DNA from: a virus
DNA length: 64,000 nt
IMG/VR virus record: IMGVR_UViG_3300046782_000843
Reading direction: 5' to 3' (one strand)
Both the position numbers and the translations under genes were made by a program. The notes under the pieces were generated by a model. That model ran no database searches. It saw only the letters and a program-made list of their open reading frames with translations, and was not told the DNA's origin. Positions 49,263 through 59,400 of the stretch are shown piece after piece. The first letter of the stretch is position 1. Every line of letters starts with the position of its first letter.

Positions 49263-51185
49263 TCAGTAGGGCACGCCGTTGTGGTAGAGCACTCCGGCGC
49301 GCATCTCCCACTCAGGGCCAGGGCCGCCCTTAGGCGCGGTAGTCGTTGTCGCGGCCCCGCCGCCACCGGGGACGGGCTGCGCAGGTGTGGTGTTGGGCGG
49401 CGCCCCGATCACCGGGATGTTCTCCAGCGTGTTGCCGAAGATCTCCCTCGGGTCGATGCCGTTCGACTGCCCACGCAGCGCGATGCGGCGCATCTCGCCG
49501 TCCTGGTCGTGGAGCTGCGCGACCAGGAAGCCGCGCGCGGTCTCGGCCAGCGCCTTGAGGGCGTCGAGCGGCACACCCGCGCCACCCCCGCGGGAGAAGG
49601 AGTTGGTCTGGTCGTTCCACTGCCCGAAGTAGCGCTCGCCCATGCCCTTGATGCGGTCGACGATCGAGAGATACTCGGGGCTGCGCTCGTAGGCGGCCTG
49701 GCGCACGATCGAGTTCGGGTTGAGGATCTTCTCGAAGGTGGTGATCACCGCCTGACTCGCGCCGTTGGGGTCCTCGGTGAAGCGGTTGAGCGCCGCGTTC
49801 ATGTTCTCGACCTGCGCCCGCATCTCGATCTGCGGCTTGATCGCATTGCGCGCCTGGTCCGCCAGATGGCCGGTCAGCTCGACCCGCGCCTGGCGGGTGA
49901 GCGGTGCGTCAGCCATCGACTTGGCCGTGTTGAGCCGTTGTTCGGCGAGCTGCGCGTTCTCCTCGGCGAACACTGCGCGGTGCTGCCAGTCGGAGAGCCG
50001 CGCCATCAGCGCACGCGGCTCTTCCTTGCCGCTCGGGTCGAAGAGCATCTGCGCGATCTCCTCGCGCTTGTTGAGCGCACGGCCCGAACCGCTGCTGCTC
50101 TTGACGTGCGCGCCCGCAGGGAACGGCGAGATGCCGTCGGCCTTGGTGAGCGCCGCCGTCTGCTTGTTGACGAACCCCAGCTCCTGCACCGTCTGCCCGT
50201 TCGCGTCGGTGTACTCGATGTTGACCGGCGCATACGGCAGGCTGCTCTTGGCGTGTTCGGCGAGGTAGGTATCGAGCCCCCGCTTCTTCCAGTCGGGCAC
50301 GCCCTGCTCGCGGAAGAAGTCCTGGAGCTGCTGCACCTCGGCCTGCATCTTGGCGCGCTCGGTCTGCGCGGCGACATCGGCGCTGCTCGGGAAGCGGGGC
50401 ACCGCCATGGTCACGTCGGTGCGGCCGACCGCCGGGCCAGGGTCGTAGCTGCTGTAGTAGCTCCCAGGTCCCGAGGGGGCGGCGGTAGCAGGCGGCGGTG
50501 TGGGCGGCGCACCCAGCGCGGCAGGCGTGGAGGCTGGTAGCGGCGTCGGGGTTGTGGGGGGTGCCACAGCCGCAGGAGCGGCCGGTTGGGCCCCCTGAGG
50601 GACACTAGGAGGCCCTGGCGGGGGTGTTCCGAGCCCGGGCATGCGCGGGACCATGTTGGCGCGCCGGTCGACGACAAAGGGCGGCGGTGCCGGAGGTGGC
50701 GCGACGGCAGGCGTGGTGTCAGGTGCGGGCGTCTGGTCCGCCGGGAGCGGCTGCGGCGCCGCCATCGGGTCGCCCTGGGTCGGGCTGTTCTCGGTCTGCG
50801 CCAGGGCGGAGGGAACCTGCCCCGAGGGCGAGACGCCTGGCGGCAGCGGCAGGTAGCCTTGGGGCGAGTGCGTACTCGGCAGCCCCGGCGTCACCGTCTC
50901 GGTCGGGTGCGCGGTCGTCATGTACTTCGCCAGGGTGTCGTAGACGGGGCTGTTCTGCATCTCGCCCATCCACCCGGCCATGCCCCCCTTGCGACTGCGC
51001 GGCTGCCCCAGTTGGAACATGCCGGTCGCGGCCATCGTGCGGACCTCCGGGTCGGGGTGGTCGAGCAGGTGCGTGTAGATGTCCGCCTCCCGCTGCTGCG
51101 CGAGGAGGTCACGCTGCTGCGCGTCCTGGCGGATCTCGTGCTGCCGGTCGGCGTAGCCGCTGAGGATGCCGGAGAGCCAGCCCAT
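49263..51185 (-). CDS. hypothetical internal virion protein
   Basis: 640 aa with GGAG RBS and a Pro/Ala-rich central linker. Confidence 0.7.
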   Translation of the reverse strand: MGWLSGILSGYADRQHEIRQDAQQRDLLAQQREADIYTHLLDHPDPEVRTMAATGMFQLGQPRSRKGGMAGWMGEMQNSPVYDTLAKYMTTAHPTETVTPGLPSTHSPQGYLPLPPGVSPSGQVPSALAQTENSPTQGDPMAAPQPLPADQTPAPDTTPAVAPPPAPPPFVVDRRANMVPRMPGLGTPPPGPPSVPQGAQPAAPAAVAPPTTPTPLPASTPAALGAPPTPPPATAAPSGPGSYYSSYDPGPAVGRTDVTMAVPRFPSSADVAAQTERAKMQAEVQQLQDFFREQGVPDWKKRGLDTYLAEHAKSSLPYAPVNIEYTDANGQTVQELGFVNKQTAALTKADGISPFPAGAHVKSSSGSGRALNKREEIAQMLFDPSGKEEPRALMARLSDWQHRAVFAEENAQLAEQRLNTAKSMADAPLTRQARVELTGHLADQARNAIKPQIEMRAQVENMNAALNRFTEDPNGASQAVITTFEKILNPNSIVRQAAYERSPEYLSIVDRIKGMGERYFGQWNDQTNSFSRGGGAGVPLDALKALAETARGFLVAQLHDQDGEMRRIALRGQSNGIDPREIFGNTLENIPVIGAPPNTTPAQPVPGGGGAATTTTAPKGGPGPEWEMRAGVLYHNGVPY

Positions 51186-51200
51186 GGTCGATGCTCCTTC

Positions 51201-52085
51201 TTACGTCCAGGTCGAGGGGTCGTCCCACCCGTTGGTGTCGCTCGGGCGCCAGTCGCCACCCCCGCTCACTGGCGGCTGCTCCTCGTCGGGGAACTCGGGG
51301 CCGTTCTGTTGATACGGCGGGACCTGGTAGGGCGGCGCGGGAGGCGCTCCGCCCGTGGCTGTCGCGGGGGTCTTCCCCTTGGGCGGCGTGGTTGTTCCCG
51401 CGGTCTTCTTCCCGCCGCCGAAGAGGGTCGTCCCCAGGTCCGCGATCAGCTTCCCAGCCGACTGGCCGGTGTCGGTGCCTTCCTTCATTGCCTGGGTGCG
51501 GTTGGCCGCGCCCTGGCTGAGGAGCTGCTGGTAGATGTTCCCGGCCTGCCCCAGGAGCGGCGCGGCGGTCTGCTGCAGCTGCCCGCCAAGACCCGCGAGC
51601 GCCGAGGCGGCGCCAGGCTGCACGCCGGTGGTGAGCGCCGAGACCTGCCCGGCCTGCTGACGGTCCAGGTTGCCTTGGAGCTGGTCGCGCGCGGCGCCGC
51701 GGATGCCGCTGTTGGCGAGCTTGGCCTGCTCGCCACGGTAGCTCTCCTGGAGGGCGGCGCGGGCGGGCGCGACCGCGTTCGCCATCGCCCCCCGGCTGCC
51801 GCGTAGCAGCGTCTGATAGTAGCTGGCGGGCTGCGCGATGTAGGGCTGCGCCTCGTTGAGCATCGAGGTGCCCGTCTGGCCCAGGCTCCCGGCAGCGCCC
51901 GTTGCCCCCTTGAGCGCGGCCAGCTCCTCGGGCGAGCGCTGCAGGGCCGCGTTCTGGGCGGCACGGCTGGCGTAGATGCCGCCGATGAGACCTGCGCCCT
52001 GCGCCCCGGCCTGGCCGATGGCCGGGCCATACTTCTGCCACCAGGACTGCGGCGCGGATGGGTCAGTGGTGGGATCGTCAGGCAC
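51201..52085 (-). CDS. hypothetical Gly/Ala/Gln-rich virion protein
   Basis: 294 aa from GTG 52085 (GGGAGG RBS, 1 nt after the upstream stop). The track ORF's longer N-terminus is junk. Confidence 0.6.
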   Translation of the reverse strand: MPDDPTTDPSAPQSWWQKYGPAIGQAGAQGAGLIGGIYASRAAQNAALQRSPEELAALKGATGAAGSLGQTGTSMLNEAQPYIAQPASYYQTLLRGSRGAMANAVAPARAALQESYRGEQAKLANSGIRGAARDQLQGNLDRQQAGQVSALTTGVQPGAASALAGLGGQLQQTAAPLLGQAGNIYQQLLSQGAANRTQAMKEGTDTGQSAGKLIADLGTTLFGGGKKTAGTTTPPKGKTPATATGGAPPAPPYQVPPYQQNGPEFPDEEQPPVSGGGDWRPSDTNGWDDPSTWT

Positions 52086-52086
52086 G

Positions 52087-53013
52087 TCAGCCTCCCAGGT
52101 AGTTGCTGTAGATGTTGGTCGGGGCGACGACTTTCGCCGCGCCGAGCACCGCCGACATCGGGTTGACTTGGCGCGTCTTCCCATAGTCGATCGCCTGCTG
52201 TCCGCCGAAGTTGACCGCCCGCTGCAGGAGCGGGTAGTTGCCCAGCGCGCCGACGGCGTTGGGCAGGAAGTTGCTGGCTGCCCCGAGCCCGGCTTGCAGC
52301 GGGTTGAAGCTGCCGGTGCGAGCGGCATTGAGCCCTGTGTTCACCCCGTAGTTGATCGCCTGCTGGCCCAGCGTGTTTCCGGTGAGCGCAGGGGCGACCC
52401 GTCCGGCGTAGGCGCCAGCGGCACCGGTCGCCCCGCCCAGCAGACCCGCCTTGAGCCCACCGCCTCCAGCGACACCGCCCAGGGCCCCGAGGCCGCCTTG
52501 CACCGCGGCGTTCTTGAGCAGGCCGGTCGCGCCGCCCCCGACGCCCGGCGCAAAGCCTCCGGAGGCCGCGCCGAGCGCCCCACCGAGCAGCGCGCCCTTG
52601 ACGCCACCACTCGCCCCTCCCGACGCTGCGCCGAGACCGCCCTGGAGGGCCGCATTGGCCCCCAGACCGATCCCAGACCCCGCCAGGGACGCCCCGCCGG
52701 TGAAGGCGGCGGCGCCAATCTGGGCCGCGTGGATGGCCCCCATGGTCTTAGTCGCAGCCTGGGTGGGACGATAGCCCGAGGAGGTCGAGTCGGACTCCCG
52801 CAGCCGCCAGCCGGGGGGCAGGACGCCCGCCGCCGTGAGCTGCTTCTCGGCGTCGGTGGCGGAGATCGTCCGGTTGCCGAAGGCCTTGGGCCCGGTGACG
52901 AGCTTGTCGAGCGCGGTCTGGACGGAGGACTCGGTCGCCTTGTCGGCCGCATTCAGGGTGCTGCCGGGCGAGGAGATGCCGAAGAAGTGCCCCAGACCGC
53001 TCAAAAAGCTCAT
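52087..53013 (-). CDS. hypothetical Gly-rich virion protein
   Basis: 308 aa with long GGxGA-type repeats. Confidence 0.65.
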   Translation of the reverse strand: MSFLSGLGHFFGISSPGSTLNAADKATESSVQTALDKLVTGPKAFGNRTISATDAEKQLTAAGVLPPGWRLRESDSTSSGYRPTQAATKTMGAIHAAQIGAAAFTGGASLAGSGIGLGANAALQGGLGAASGGASGGVKGALLGGALGAASGGFAPGVGGGATGLLKNAAVQGGLGALGGVAGGGGLKAGLLGGATGAAGAYAGRVAPALTGNTLGQQAINYGVNTGLNAARTGSFNPLQAGLGAASNFLPNAVGALGNYPLLQRAVNFGGQQAIDYGKTRQVNPMSAVLGAAKVVAPTNIYSNYLGG

Positions 53014-53026
53014 GCGCGTCCCTTCG

Positions 53027-53704
53027 TCAAAGCAGGGCCATCGGGCCTGGCGTGTCCGCCAGCGCCTGGGTCGGCTGGGTCCAGGCCGGGATCAGGGAGC
53101 CGTCGCCCGCCGTCACCGCCCACGACGCCGTGATCGTCTTCGTCAACCCGTCGCCAGTGTCGTGCGACGACGCGATGTCGACGAAGTCGCCGTTGGTCGA
53201 CTGCACCAGCTTATCGACCGAGAGCCCCAGGACGTTGTTGCCGCTCGTCCGGGTGATCAACCCGATCAACGGGTCGACCTGGTAGATCTCCCAGGCCGCC
53301 GCGCGCGTCAACTGCGCCTTGGCCGCTTCCTCGTCGGCGAGCGGCACGACCGGGTTGTAGAGCGCGAGCGTCGCGACGACGATGTCGAAGTGGTTGGCGA
53401 TCGTCGGCGTCCCGCCCCCACCACCACCGCCGCCTCCGCCACCGCCGCTCGTGCCGGTGGTGCCCTGCTTGATCGCCAGCGCCTCGTCGGCCTTGCGGTC
53501 GGCGCGCGTGACCTGAGTCTCCAGGGTGTTGGCGGCGGTGACAAGATCCCCTGCCGTCGCTTCGACCCCCTGCAGGCGGCCTTCGAGCTGGGCCACACGG
53601 TCCCAGAGCAGCCGGACCGACTGCTGCGCCTGCCAGTCGGCGATGCCGTCCACATGCGGGTAGCTGCGCTTGGTGTCGACCGGTGGGGTCGTGTCGATCG
53701 GCAT
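53027..53704 (-). CDS. hypothetical virion protein: coiled coil, poly-Gly linker, domain shared with 45029..45688
   Basis: 225 aa. A G12 run is encoded at about 53411-53450. Confidence 0.7.
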   Translation of the reverse strand: MPIDTTPPVDTKRSYPHVDGIADWQAQQSVRLLWDRVAQLEGRLQGVEATAGDLVTAANTLETQVTRADRKADEALAIKQGTTGTSGGGGGGGGGGGGTPTIANHFDIVVATLALYNPVVPLADEEAAKAQLTRAAAWEIYQVDPLIGLITRTSGNNVLGLSVDKLVQSTNGDFVDIASSHDTGDGLTKTITASWAVTAGDGSLIPAWTQPTQALADTPGPMALL

Positions 53705-53708
53705 CTAC

Positions 53709-56700
53709 TCAGCCTGTCTGGCCCGGGGCGACCGCGCCGCCACTGCTCTGCGCCGCGAGGATCGCGTGCGCCATCGGGCGGCTCGGGTCGAGGTCATCGT
53801 TGCCGAAGGGGCGAACTTCGATCGAGGCGTAGGCGCCCCACGGTTGGATGACGAGCGAGGTCTCGTCCCGATAGAGCCAGAAGGGCTGCGCCGAGGTCAG
53901 GAGGTACTTGATGAGGACGCCCTTGCCCGCGAGGAAGGTGACGAAGCGGCGCTGCTTCTGGTTGAGCGTCGCCGGGATGACGTAGTCGCGGGTGGTCACG
54001 CCACCGACCTGGTTGTGCTGCATCACGGTGCGCAGGGTGACATCCGCCGAGGCCTTGAGCGTGATGTGGCCGTAGAGCGGGTAGAACCAGCCGGGGAGGC
54101 CGTGGTTGGTCTCCTGCGTCTCCCAACGGTCGAAGCAGAAGGGCTCCTCGTCGAAGACCGGTTCGGCGGAGTAGAGGCGGCCTGGGTTGCCGTCGACCGG
54201 GAACATCCGCCACACCCGTCCCAGGTGCTGCGTGGGCAGGGCGCGTTGGATCACACTGCGGCCGTTGGCGTTGACGGTCAGGGTCTCGACCACGGCGCCG
54301 TCGACCTCGACCTGCACGGTCTTGTTCTGCCCGTAGGTGTCGCACTCGAAGATGATCGCCTTGAGGAACTTGTCGGCGTGTGTGCCGAGGATCGAGAAGT
54401 TCTGGTTCCAGTTGGCCTGCTCGCTAGGCTCCTCTTGCAGGTGCCAGCGGTGCGTGTAGAGCAGGCCCGGGTTGTCGTCGATCGCGAAGAAGCGGAAGAC
54501 GTGCCCGCGGCCCCAGGGCAGCGTGAGGTGGACGACCCGGCGCCCCGAGGCGACGATCGGCCAGTAGGTCAGGTTGCCGCCCAGGGTGTTGATGAGGCGC
54601 GCCTGGTCGACCCAGATCTCGATGCGCTTTTCCGCACCGCCCGTGTCGCAGTAGAGGTCGAGCCCGGTGTAGTACTGGTCCCACCGGTTCTCGAAGTGGA
54701 TGTCCCACTTACTGATCCGCGGCGGCTCAGCGAGGTTGATCCAGTCGGCCCGGTAGAGGACCCAAGGCGCGCAGCCCACCGGGTCGGGGCGGATGCGCAC
54801 CATGTGCGAGGGCACCGCGGGCCAGGAGAACTTGAACTTGTGCCGGTTGGCCGAGTTGACGGTGAAGGTTGCGACGGTGGTGCGCAGCCCGGCGAAGTCG
54901 CGCTCGATGAAGATCTGCTTGTCCGCGCCACCCGTGTCGCAGTCGAGCGTGAGGCCGCTCAGCCAGACCTCGTCGGGCGAGTTGAGGTCGTCCCAGTTGG
55001 TGACGCGCGCGTTGGTCAGGTCTGGCTGCGGCGTGATCGAGTAGCCGAGCTGATAGAGCGTCGGGGGAGAGAGCGACGACCAGCTGACTTGACACGAGAC
55101 CGAGTGCGCCTTCTGCGGCGAGTCGCCGAAGGCGTGCAGCAGGAAGCGCTGGCGCCCCGTGACGCTGGCGACGATCGGGATCTGGTTGTTGGCGTAGGTG
55201 TCTTCGTTGAGGTAGAAGTTCACCGCCAGGTTCACGCGCGGGTCGACGTCGAGGAACGCATCGCCGAAGAGTTTCTCCTCCCGCCGCCCGGCCGAGAACG
55301 ACCCGCTCTGGATGACACAGGGGATCAGGGTGCCCGCATCGTCGGCACCCTTGTGCAGGTAGCTGGCGCCGGTCTGGTAGCCGCCGACGACCAGGATGCG
55401 CTCGTCCAGGCCCTGCACGGTCGCATTGGGGTATTTGAAGTTGTAGTGCCGCCAGAACTTCTGGAGCAGGGAGTAGACCAGCACCTGGCGGTTGCCCCCC
55501 GCATCCTGATACTGGAAGTAGAGCGCGTTCTCCCAGACGGTGAGACGCAAGGCGTCCGCCGGGACGCCAGGGTCGCGGTCGATCCCCAGGTAGCCGTTGA
55601 TGCTGTTCCCATAGAACAGGGGGTTGATCGCCTCTGAGAGCCACTCTTCCGGCCCGCCGTTGGTGGCGAAGACCCCGTCCTCGGCGACGAAGTAGATGTA
55701 GCCGCCCGGGCCGACGCAAAACGCCCAGCGCGAGATCAGCCCGCGCGTGCAGAGGCCAGGGGCGGTGGTGACGCCCTGCGCCCCACCCAGGTTCGGGTAG
55801 ATGAAGTAGAGCCGCTGGCGCGAGAACACGAAGCCCTGCGACCCGAGCAGCCCGCCGTGCATCAGCTCCTCGCTAGGCGCGCAGACCTCGACGTTGCCGA
55901 ACGCCGACCAGTGGTCGGGCTCGTCGGGGACCGAGAAGTAGAGGAAGCCGGGGCGCAGGTGGTCGCCGCAGCCGAAGAGCATCCCTTCGAGCGGCCCGAA
56001 GATCGCCGCCAGCGGCTGCGCCAGGATGGTCTTGCCGTCGGAGTCGACCGTGGGCACCAGCTCGTAGTGGTCGGTCGGGAGGGTTCCGGCCAGCGCGATC
56101 GCGGTGTCGGAGAGGTTGTCGGGGAAGTCCGCCCCGTCGCCGTCGTTCATCCCGACGAGGTACCAGTCGTCGATGAGCGTGCCGCCGCGCCGGTAGACCT
56201 TCTGGCGCATGGCGCCGTCGCCGAACGCCGTCGGGCGGACGACGACCTGGCGGCGCACCGGGTCGATCGGGGCCAGCTCGAAGGTGACCGATTGCGGGTC
56301 GGTGCGCACCTCACCCTGCACGTCGCTGCCGTTAGACTCGGCGCCGGTGCGCGTATCGTAATGCGTGCAGCGGTAGTCGTATGCCTGCACGCCCGGCTCG
56401 GTGGTGTCAGGGCCAGCGCCGCCGGTCAGGAAAGCGTCGCCAAACGCAATGGCGGTCACGCCCTTGATGTTGGTGCGCATGTAGATGATGACCCCGGTGA
56501 TCGTCGACCAGTTGCGGCCCTCGGTCGAGCCGATGCGCTGGAAGTCGCCGCGCCGGAGCGGGGAGCCGAGCAGCCCGTAGGAGAACCACTGGTGGCTGCC
56601 GAGCCCGAGCTGGAACCCAGGCGCACGCCCCGGGTCGGACTCGGCACGGCGGTCCTCCCAGCTTTTGCGCTGGTCGTTGTAGGCGCGAGTCTGCGCGTCC

Positions 56701-57770
56701 TTGTCGCGCAGCGCGAAGATGCGCGCCTGCTCCGCCGCCTCGATCTGCGACTGGTGCGCGGCCACGAACTGCAGATAGTCGTTAGGGCGAAACGCCTTGA
56801 CATAGGCGTCAGTGTTCTTGTAGGGGGGTGCGTCCCCGCCACCCGCGGGCGCCGCGGGCGCCACACCGGGCAGCTGCAGCGCGTCGAACTCCTCGCTCAC
56901 GACGATGTAGAGCCGAATCTCAGCGATCTGGTCCGGCTGCGCCATCTTCATCTCCAGGTGGAAGATGTCCTCGTCGGAGGCGGTGCGCGTGCCGGGGCCG
57001 GTCACTTCGTTCAGGACGTCGAGGTTGCGCGGGAGAGCGATGCCCCACCAGCTGTCGTAGGCGCCGGTGGTGCCGCTGGTGTCGCCGGGGTTCGGCGTGA
57101 GGTAGACCGCGGGCGACCCGCTGTCGGTTGTGTCGTCGACCGCGGCATCGGGCGTGCCGACCAGGTTGCCCTCCTCGTCGCGCCCGGGTGCGGGCGTCCA
57201 ATTCGCGGCGGCGGCGTCGGTGCTGTCGAGCGTGAGCACGAGCGCCGAGGAGTACTCTTTGTCGAGCGCGGTAGTCGGCGTGCGCGGCTTGCGCAGCCCC
57301 ACGGGGAGGACGAGCCCGTCGTAGCCGCGGACCTTGCGGACCTTGTTCTTGTCGGCGACATACATCCACGGGTCGGGCGTGAGGGTGGTGCGATGCGGCA
57401 GGAGGGTGAGCGGGTCGCCGGAGTAGCCGCCGTCGATGAGGGTGGTCGCGCCCTGGTAGCCGCGCTCCAGGCCGCCGCCCACGCCCCAGAAGCGGGTGGC
57501 GTTACCGAGACGCGGGTCGTTGAGGACGCGAACGCTGTGCGCGCCACCTGCGCCTTGATGCGTCGCGAGCACTTCCTGCCCCGGGCGCGTGGTCGCCTCC
57601 GCCTCGTTCTCGTGCCAGACGTTGGTCAGGCGCGCCCAACCTTCCATCACGTCGAGGCTGTCCTTGAGGTTCAGCCCGCCCACGCCGAAGCGCACCGTGT
57701 GCGTCTCGAACGGCGTGTCGAAGGCGGCGGAGGTGACGTTGTTGGCGCGACGGGAGATCTGCTCAGCCAC
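53709..57770 (-). CDS. very large tail structural protein (1353 aa)
   Basis: GTG 57770 with AGGAG RBS. Uninterrupted GC3-rich frame within the tail module. Confidence 0.8.
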   Translation of the reverse strand: MAEQISRRANNVTSAAFDTPFETHTVRFGVGGLNLKDSLDVMEGWARLTNVWHENEAEATTRPGQEVLATHQGAGGAHSVRVLNDPRLGNATRFWGVGGGLERGYQGATTLIDGGYSGDPLTLLPHRTTLTPDPWMYVADKNKVRKVRGYDGLVLPVGLRKPRTPTTALDKEYSSALVLTLDSTDAAAANWTPAPGRDEEGNLVGTPDAAVDDTTDSGSPAVYLTPNPGDTSGTTGAYDSWWGIALPRNLDVLNEVTGPGTRTASDEDIFHLEMKMAQPDQIAEIRLYIVVSEEFDALQLPGVAPAAPAGGGDAPPYKNTDAYVKAFRPNDYLQFVAAHQSQIEAAEQARIFALRDKDAQTRAYNDQRKSWEDRRAESDPGRAPGFQLGLGSHQWFSYGLLGSPLRRGDFQRIGSTEGRNWSTITGVIIYMRTNIKGVTAIAFGDAFLTGGAGPDTTEPGVQAYDYRCTHYDTRTGAESNGSDVQGEVRTDPQSVTFELAPIDPVRRQVVVRPTAFGDGAMRQKVYRRGGTLIDDWYLVGMNDGDGADFPDNLSDTAIALAGTLPTDHYELVPTVDSDGKTILAQPLAAIFGPLEGMLFGCGDHLRPGFLYFSVPDEPDHWSAFGNVEVCAPSEELMHGGLLGSQGFVFSRQRLYFIYPNLGGAQGVTTAPGLCTRGLISRWAFCVGPGGYIYFVAEDGVFATNGGPEEWLSEAINPLFYGNSINGYLGIDRDPGVPADALRLTVWENALYFQYQDAGGNRQVLVYSLLQKFWRHYNFKYPNATVQGLDERILVVGGYQTGASYLHKGADDAGTLIPCVIQSGSFSAGRREEKLFGDAFLDVDPRVNLAVNFYLNEDTYANNQIPIVASVTGRQRFLLHAFGDSPQKAHSVSCQVSWSSLSPPTLYQLGYSITPQPDLTNARVTNWDDLNSPDEVWLSGLTLDCDTGGADKQIFIERDFAGLRTTVATFTVNSANRHKFKFSWPAVPSHMVRIRPDPVGCAPWVLYRADWINLAEPPRISKWDIHFENRWDQYYTGLDLYCDTGGAEKRIEIWVDQARLINTLGGNLTYWPIVASGRRVVHLTLPWGRGHVFRFFAIDDNPGLLYTHRWHLQEEPSEQANWNQNFSILGTHADKFLKAIIFECDTYGQNKTVQVEVDGAVVETLTVNANGRSVIQRALPTQHLGRVWRMFPVDGNPGRLYSAEPVFDEEPFCFDRWETQETNHGLPGWFYPLYGHITLKASADVTLRTVMQHNQVGGVTTRDYVIPATLNQKQRRFVTFLAGKGVLIKYLLTSAQPFWLYRDETSLVIQPWGAYASIEVRPFGNDDLDPSRPMAHAILAAQSSGGAVAPGQTG

Positions 57771-57793
57771 ACCAGACTCCTAGCATATGCATG

Positions 57794-58432
57794 TCAGCCC
57801 CAGCCCCCGAGGATGAGCGTCGCGGCGATCTCGGTCAGCTTGTAGCGGCGCTCGCAGTAGTCGGCGCGCTCGGGGTCGACCAGGCGGCCGACCTTACGCA
57901 GCAGGGTGCCGAGCGCGGAGTACTTCACGCCGGAGGTGAACTCGTCGGCGAGCGGGAGCGCGGCGCCGGGGGCGAGGGCAGTCACGAGCGGGGGCACCCG
58001 GATGTAGAGCAGTTCAACGATGCCAGCCCCCGCGGGCGTCGGGACCAGGCGCAGCGTCAGGGTGGCCTGGTCGAGGTCTGCGTAGCCGAGCGGCAGGCCG
58101 CGGGTCGTCTCCCAGCCTGGCGCCGCGAGGTCGCCCTCGAAGCTGTCGACGGGGCCCAGAGGCGTGCGCACCTGGGTGAGGGTGTCCCGCCAGACCAGGG
58201 CCGCGGTGGCAAGCCAGTCGCTGGGGAGGGCGAGGCTCAACGTCCCCGCGGCCACGGGCAGCTCGATGCGCGCGACATCGAGATGGGTATCGCGCGCCAG
58301 GGCGCGCACACCGGCGTTGAGCGCATCGAGCACCTCGTCCCGCGTCCAGATCAGCGACGGCCAGGTATCGCCGCCGTCGGGTGGTTCGATCAGCGCCAGC
58401 TGCAGCTCGGTGAGGAGGTCGCGGTCAAGCAT
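57794..58432 (-). CDS. hypothetical tail/adaptor protein
   Basis: 212 aa. Position only. Confidence 0.65.
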   Translation of the reverse strand: MLDRDLLTELQLALIEPPDGGDTWPSLIWTRDEVLDALNAGVRALARDTHLDVARIELPVAAGTLSLALPSDWLATAALVWRDTLTQVRTPLGPVDSFEGDLAAPGWETTRGLPLGYADLDQATLTLRLVPTPAGAGIVELLYIRVPPLVTALAPGAALPLADEFTSGVKYSALGTLLRKVGRLVDPERADYCERRYKLTEIAATLILGGWG

Positions 58433-58435
58433 AGG

Positions 58436-58531
58436 TTAGTGGCCTGCGCAATATGCCGAGAGGAGCAGCAGGGCCACCAGGCCGAGCCACGGCGCCAGGT
58501 CCGGCCACTGCGTCCCACCCTGCCTACCCAT
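58436..58531 (-). CDS. possible 31-aa membrane peptide
   Basis: MGRQGGTQWPDLAPWLGLVALLLLSAYCAGH. The start overlaps the upstream stop, and its own stop is 3 nt before the next ATG. Confidence 0.3.
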   Translation of the reverse strand: MGRQGGTQWPDLAPWLGLVALLLLSAYCAGH

Positions 58532-59294
58532 CGCTCGACCCATCGGTGCCTGGTGTGCCGGAGACCGAACGCGCGTGGGAGGCGAACTGCAGCGACACGC
58601 CCTGCATCTGCGACGGGTCGCCGGTCGCGGGCTGGTAGTCACGGCGGCGGTCGAGACCCGCGAAGCGGCGATAGCGCTGGTGGGTTTTGAGCAGCGAGTT
58701 CTCCTCGGCCGCGGCCGCGAGGAAGACGTCGAAGTAGGGACGGGTCGCGCGCCAGCGATGCGCCGCCTCCTTGAACGCGGCGACGTGCAGCGCCATGTCG
58801 ACGACGACGTCGATGATCTCCTCGCCCAGGTCGACCACGTCCGAGCCGAAGATGAGCACGGGCGTGGCGAGCACCCCGTCGCAGACCAGCGAGGCGGTGA
58901 GCGAGGCGGCGGGCCAGACCGCGAGCCGGGTCAGCGAGACCGGCGCGAACAGCAGCGGGCGCGTCGGTACGCTGCCGCCGCTGGCGGTGTGCTCCTGCCG
59001 CCAGCTGGGACGGCCCAGGTCCAGCTCACTGAGCGAGGTGGGCGTGAGCGGCAGGCCGAGGCTGGTCGTCACGCGCATCCCGTAGGTCATCGAGCCAGGC
59101 AGCTGCACCTCGGGGTTGAATGCGAAGGCGCTGACCGGCACGCGCGTGCGCCAGCGGCCGGTGAGGAGGTTCCACTCGCGCAGGGTCTCGTTGAGCGCGA
59201 GGCGCGCCTCCTCCCCCGTCCAGAAGACGGTCTGGTCCCAGCGCTGAACCATCAGCGTCTGGAGGTCCGCGAGGGAGGTGGTGGTGTAGGGCAT
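58524..59294 (-). CDS. hypothetical tail/adaptor protein
   Basis: 256 aa from ATG 59294 (MPYTTTSLADLQ). Confidence 0.65.
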   Translation of the reverse strand: MPYTTTSLADLQTLMVQRWDQTVFWTGEEARLALNETLREWNLLTGRWRTRVPVSAFAFNPEVQLPGSMTYGMRVTTSLGLPLTPTSLSELDLGRPSWRQEHTASGGSVPTRPLLFAPVSLTRLAVWPAASLTASLVCDGVLATPVLIFGSDVVDLGEEIIDVVVDMALHVAAFKEAAHRWRATRPYFDVFLAAAAEENSLLKTHQRYRRFAGLDRRRDYQPATGDPSQMQGVSLQFASHARSVSGTPGTDGSSDG

Positions 59295-59400
59295 CGGGCC
59301 TCGGCTCAGTGTCCGGCGCGGCGGGGAAGGGGGCAAGTCCCCCTGCCGCTGCCGCTAGTCAGGGTCGATCGGGAACGGGACGCCGCTGGCCAGGCACCAA

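Noticed and set aside
53670-57845. 655-aa and 662-aa plus-strand ORFs.
   Set aside because: They are antisense shadow frames of the 1353-aa tail gene.
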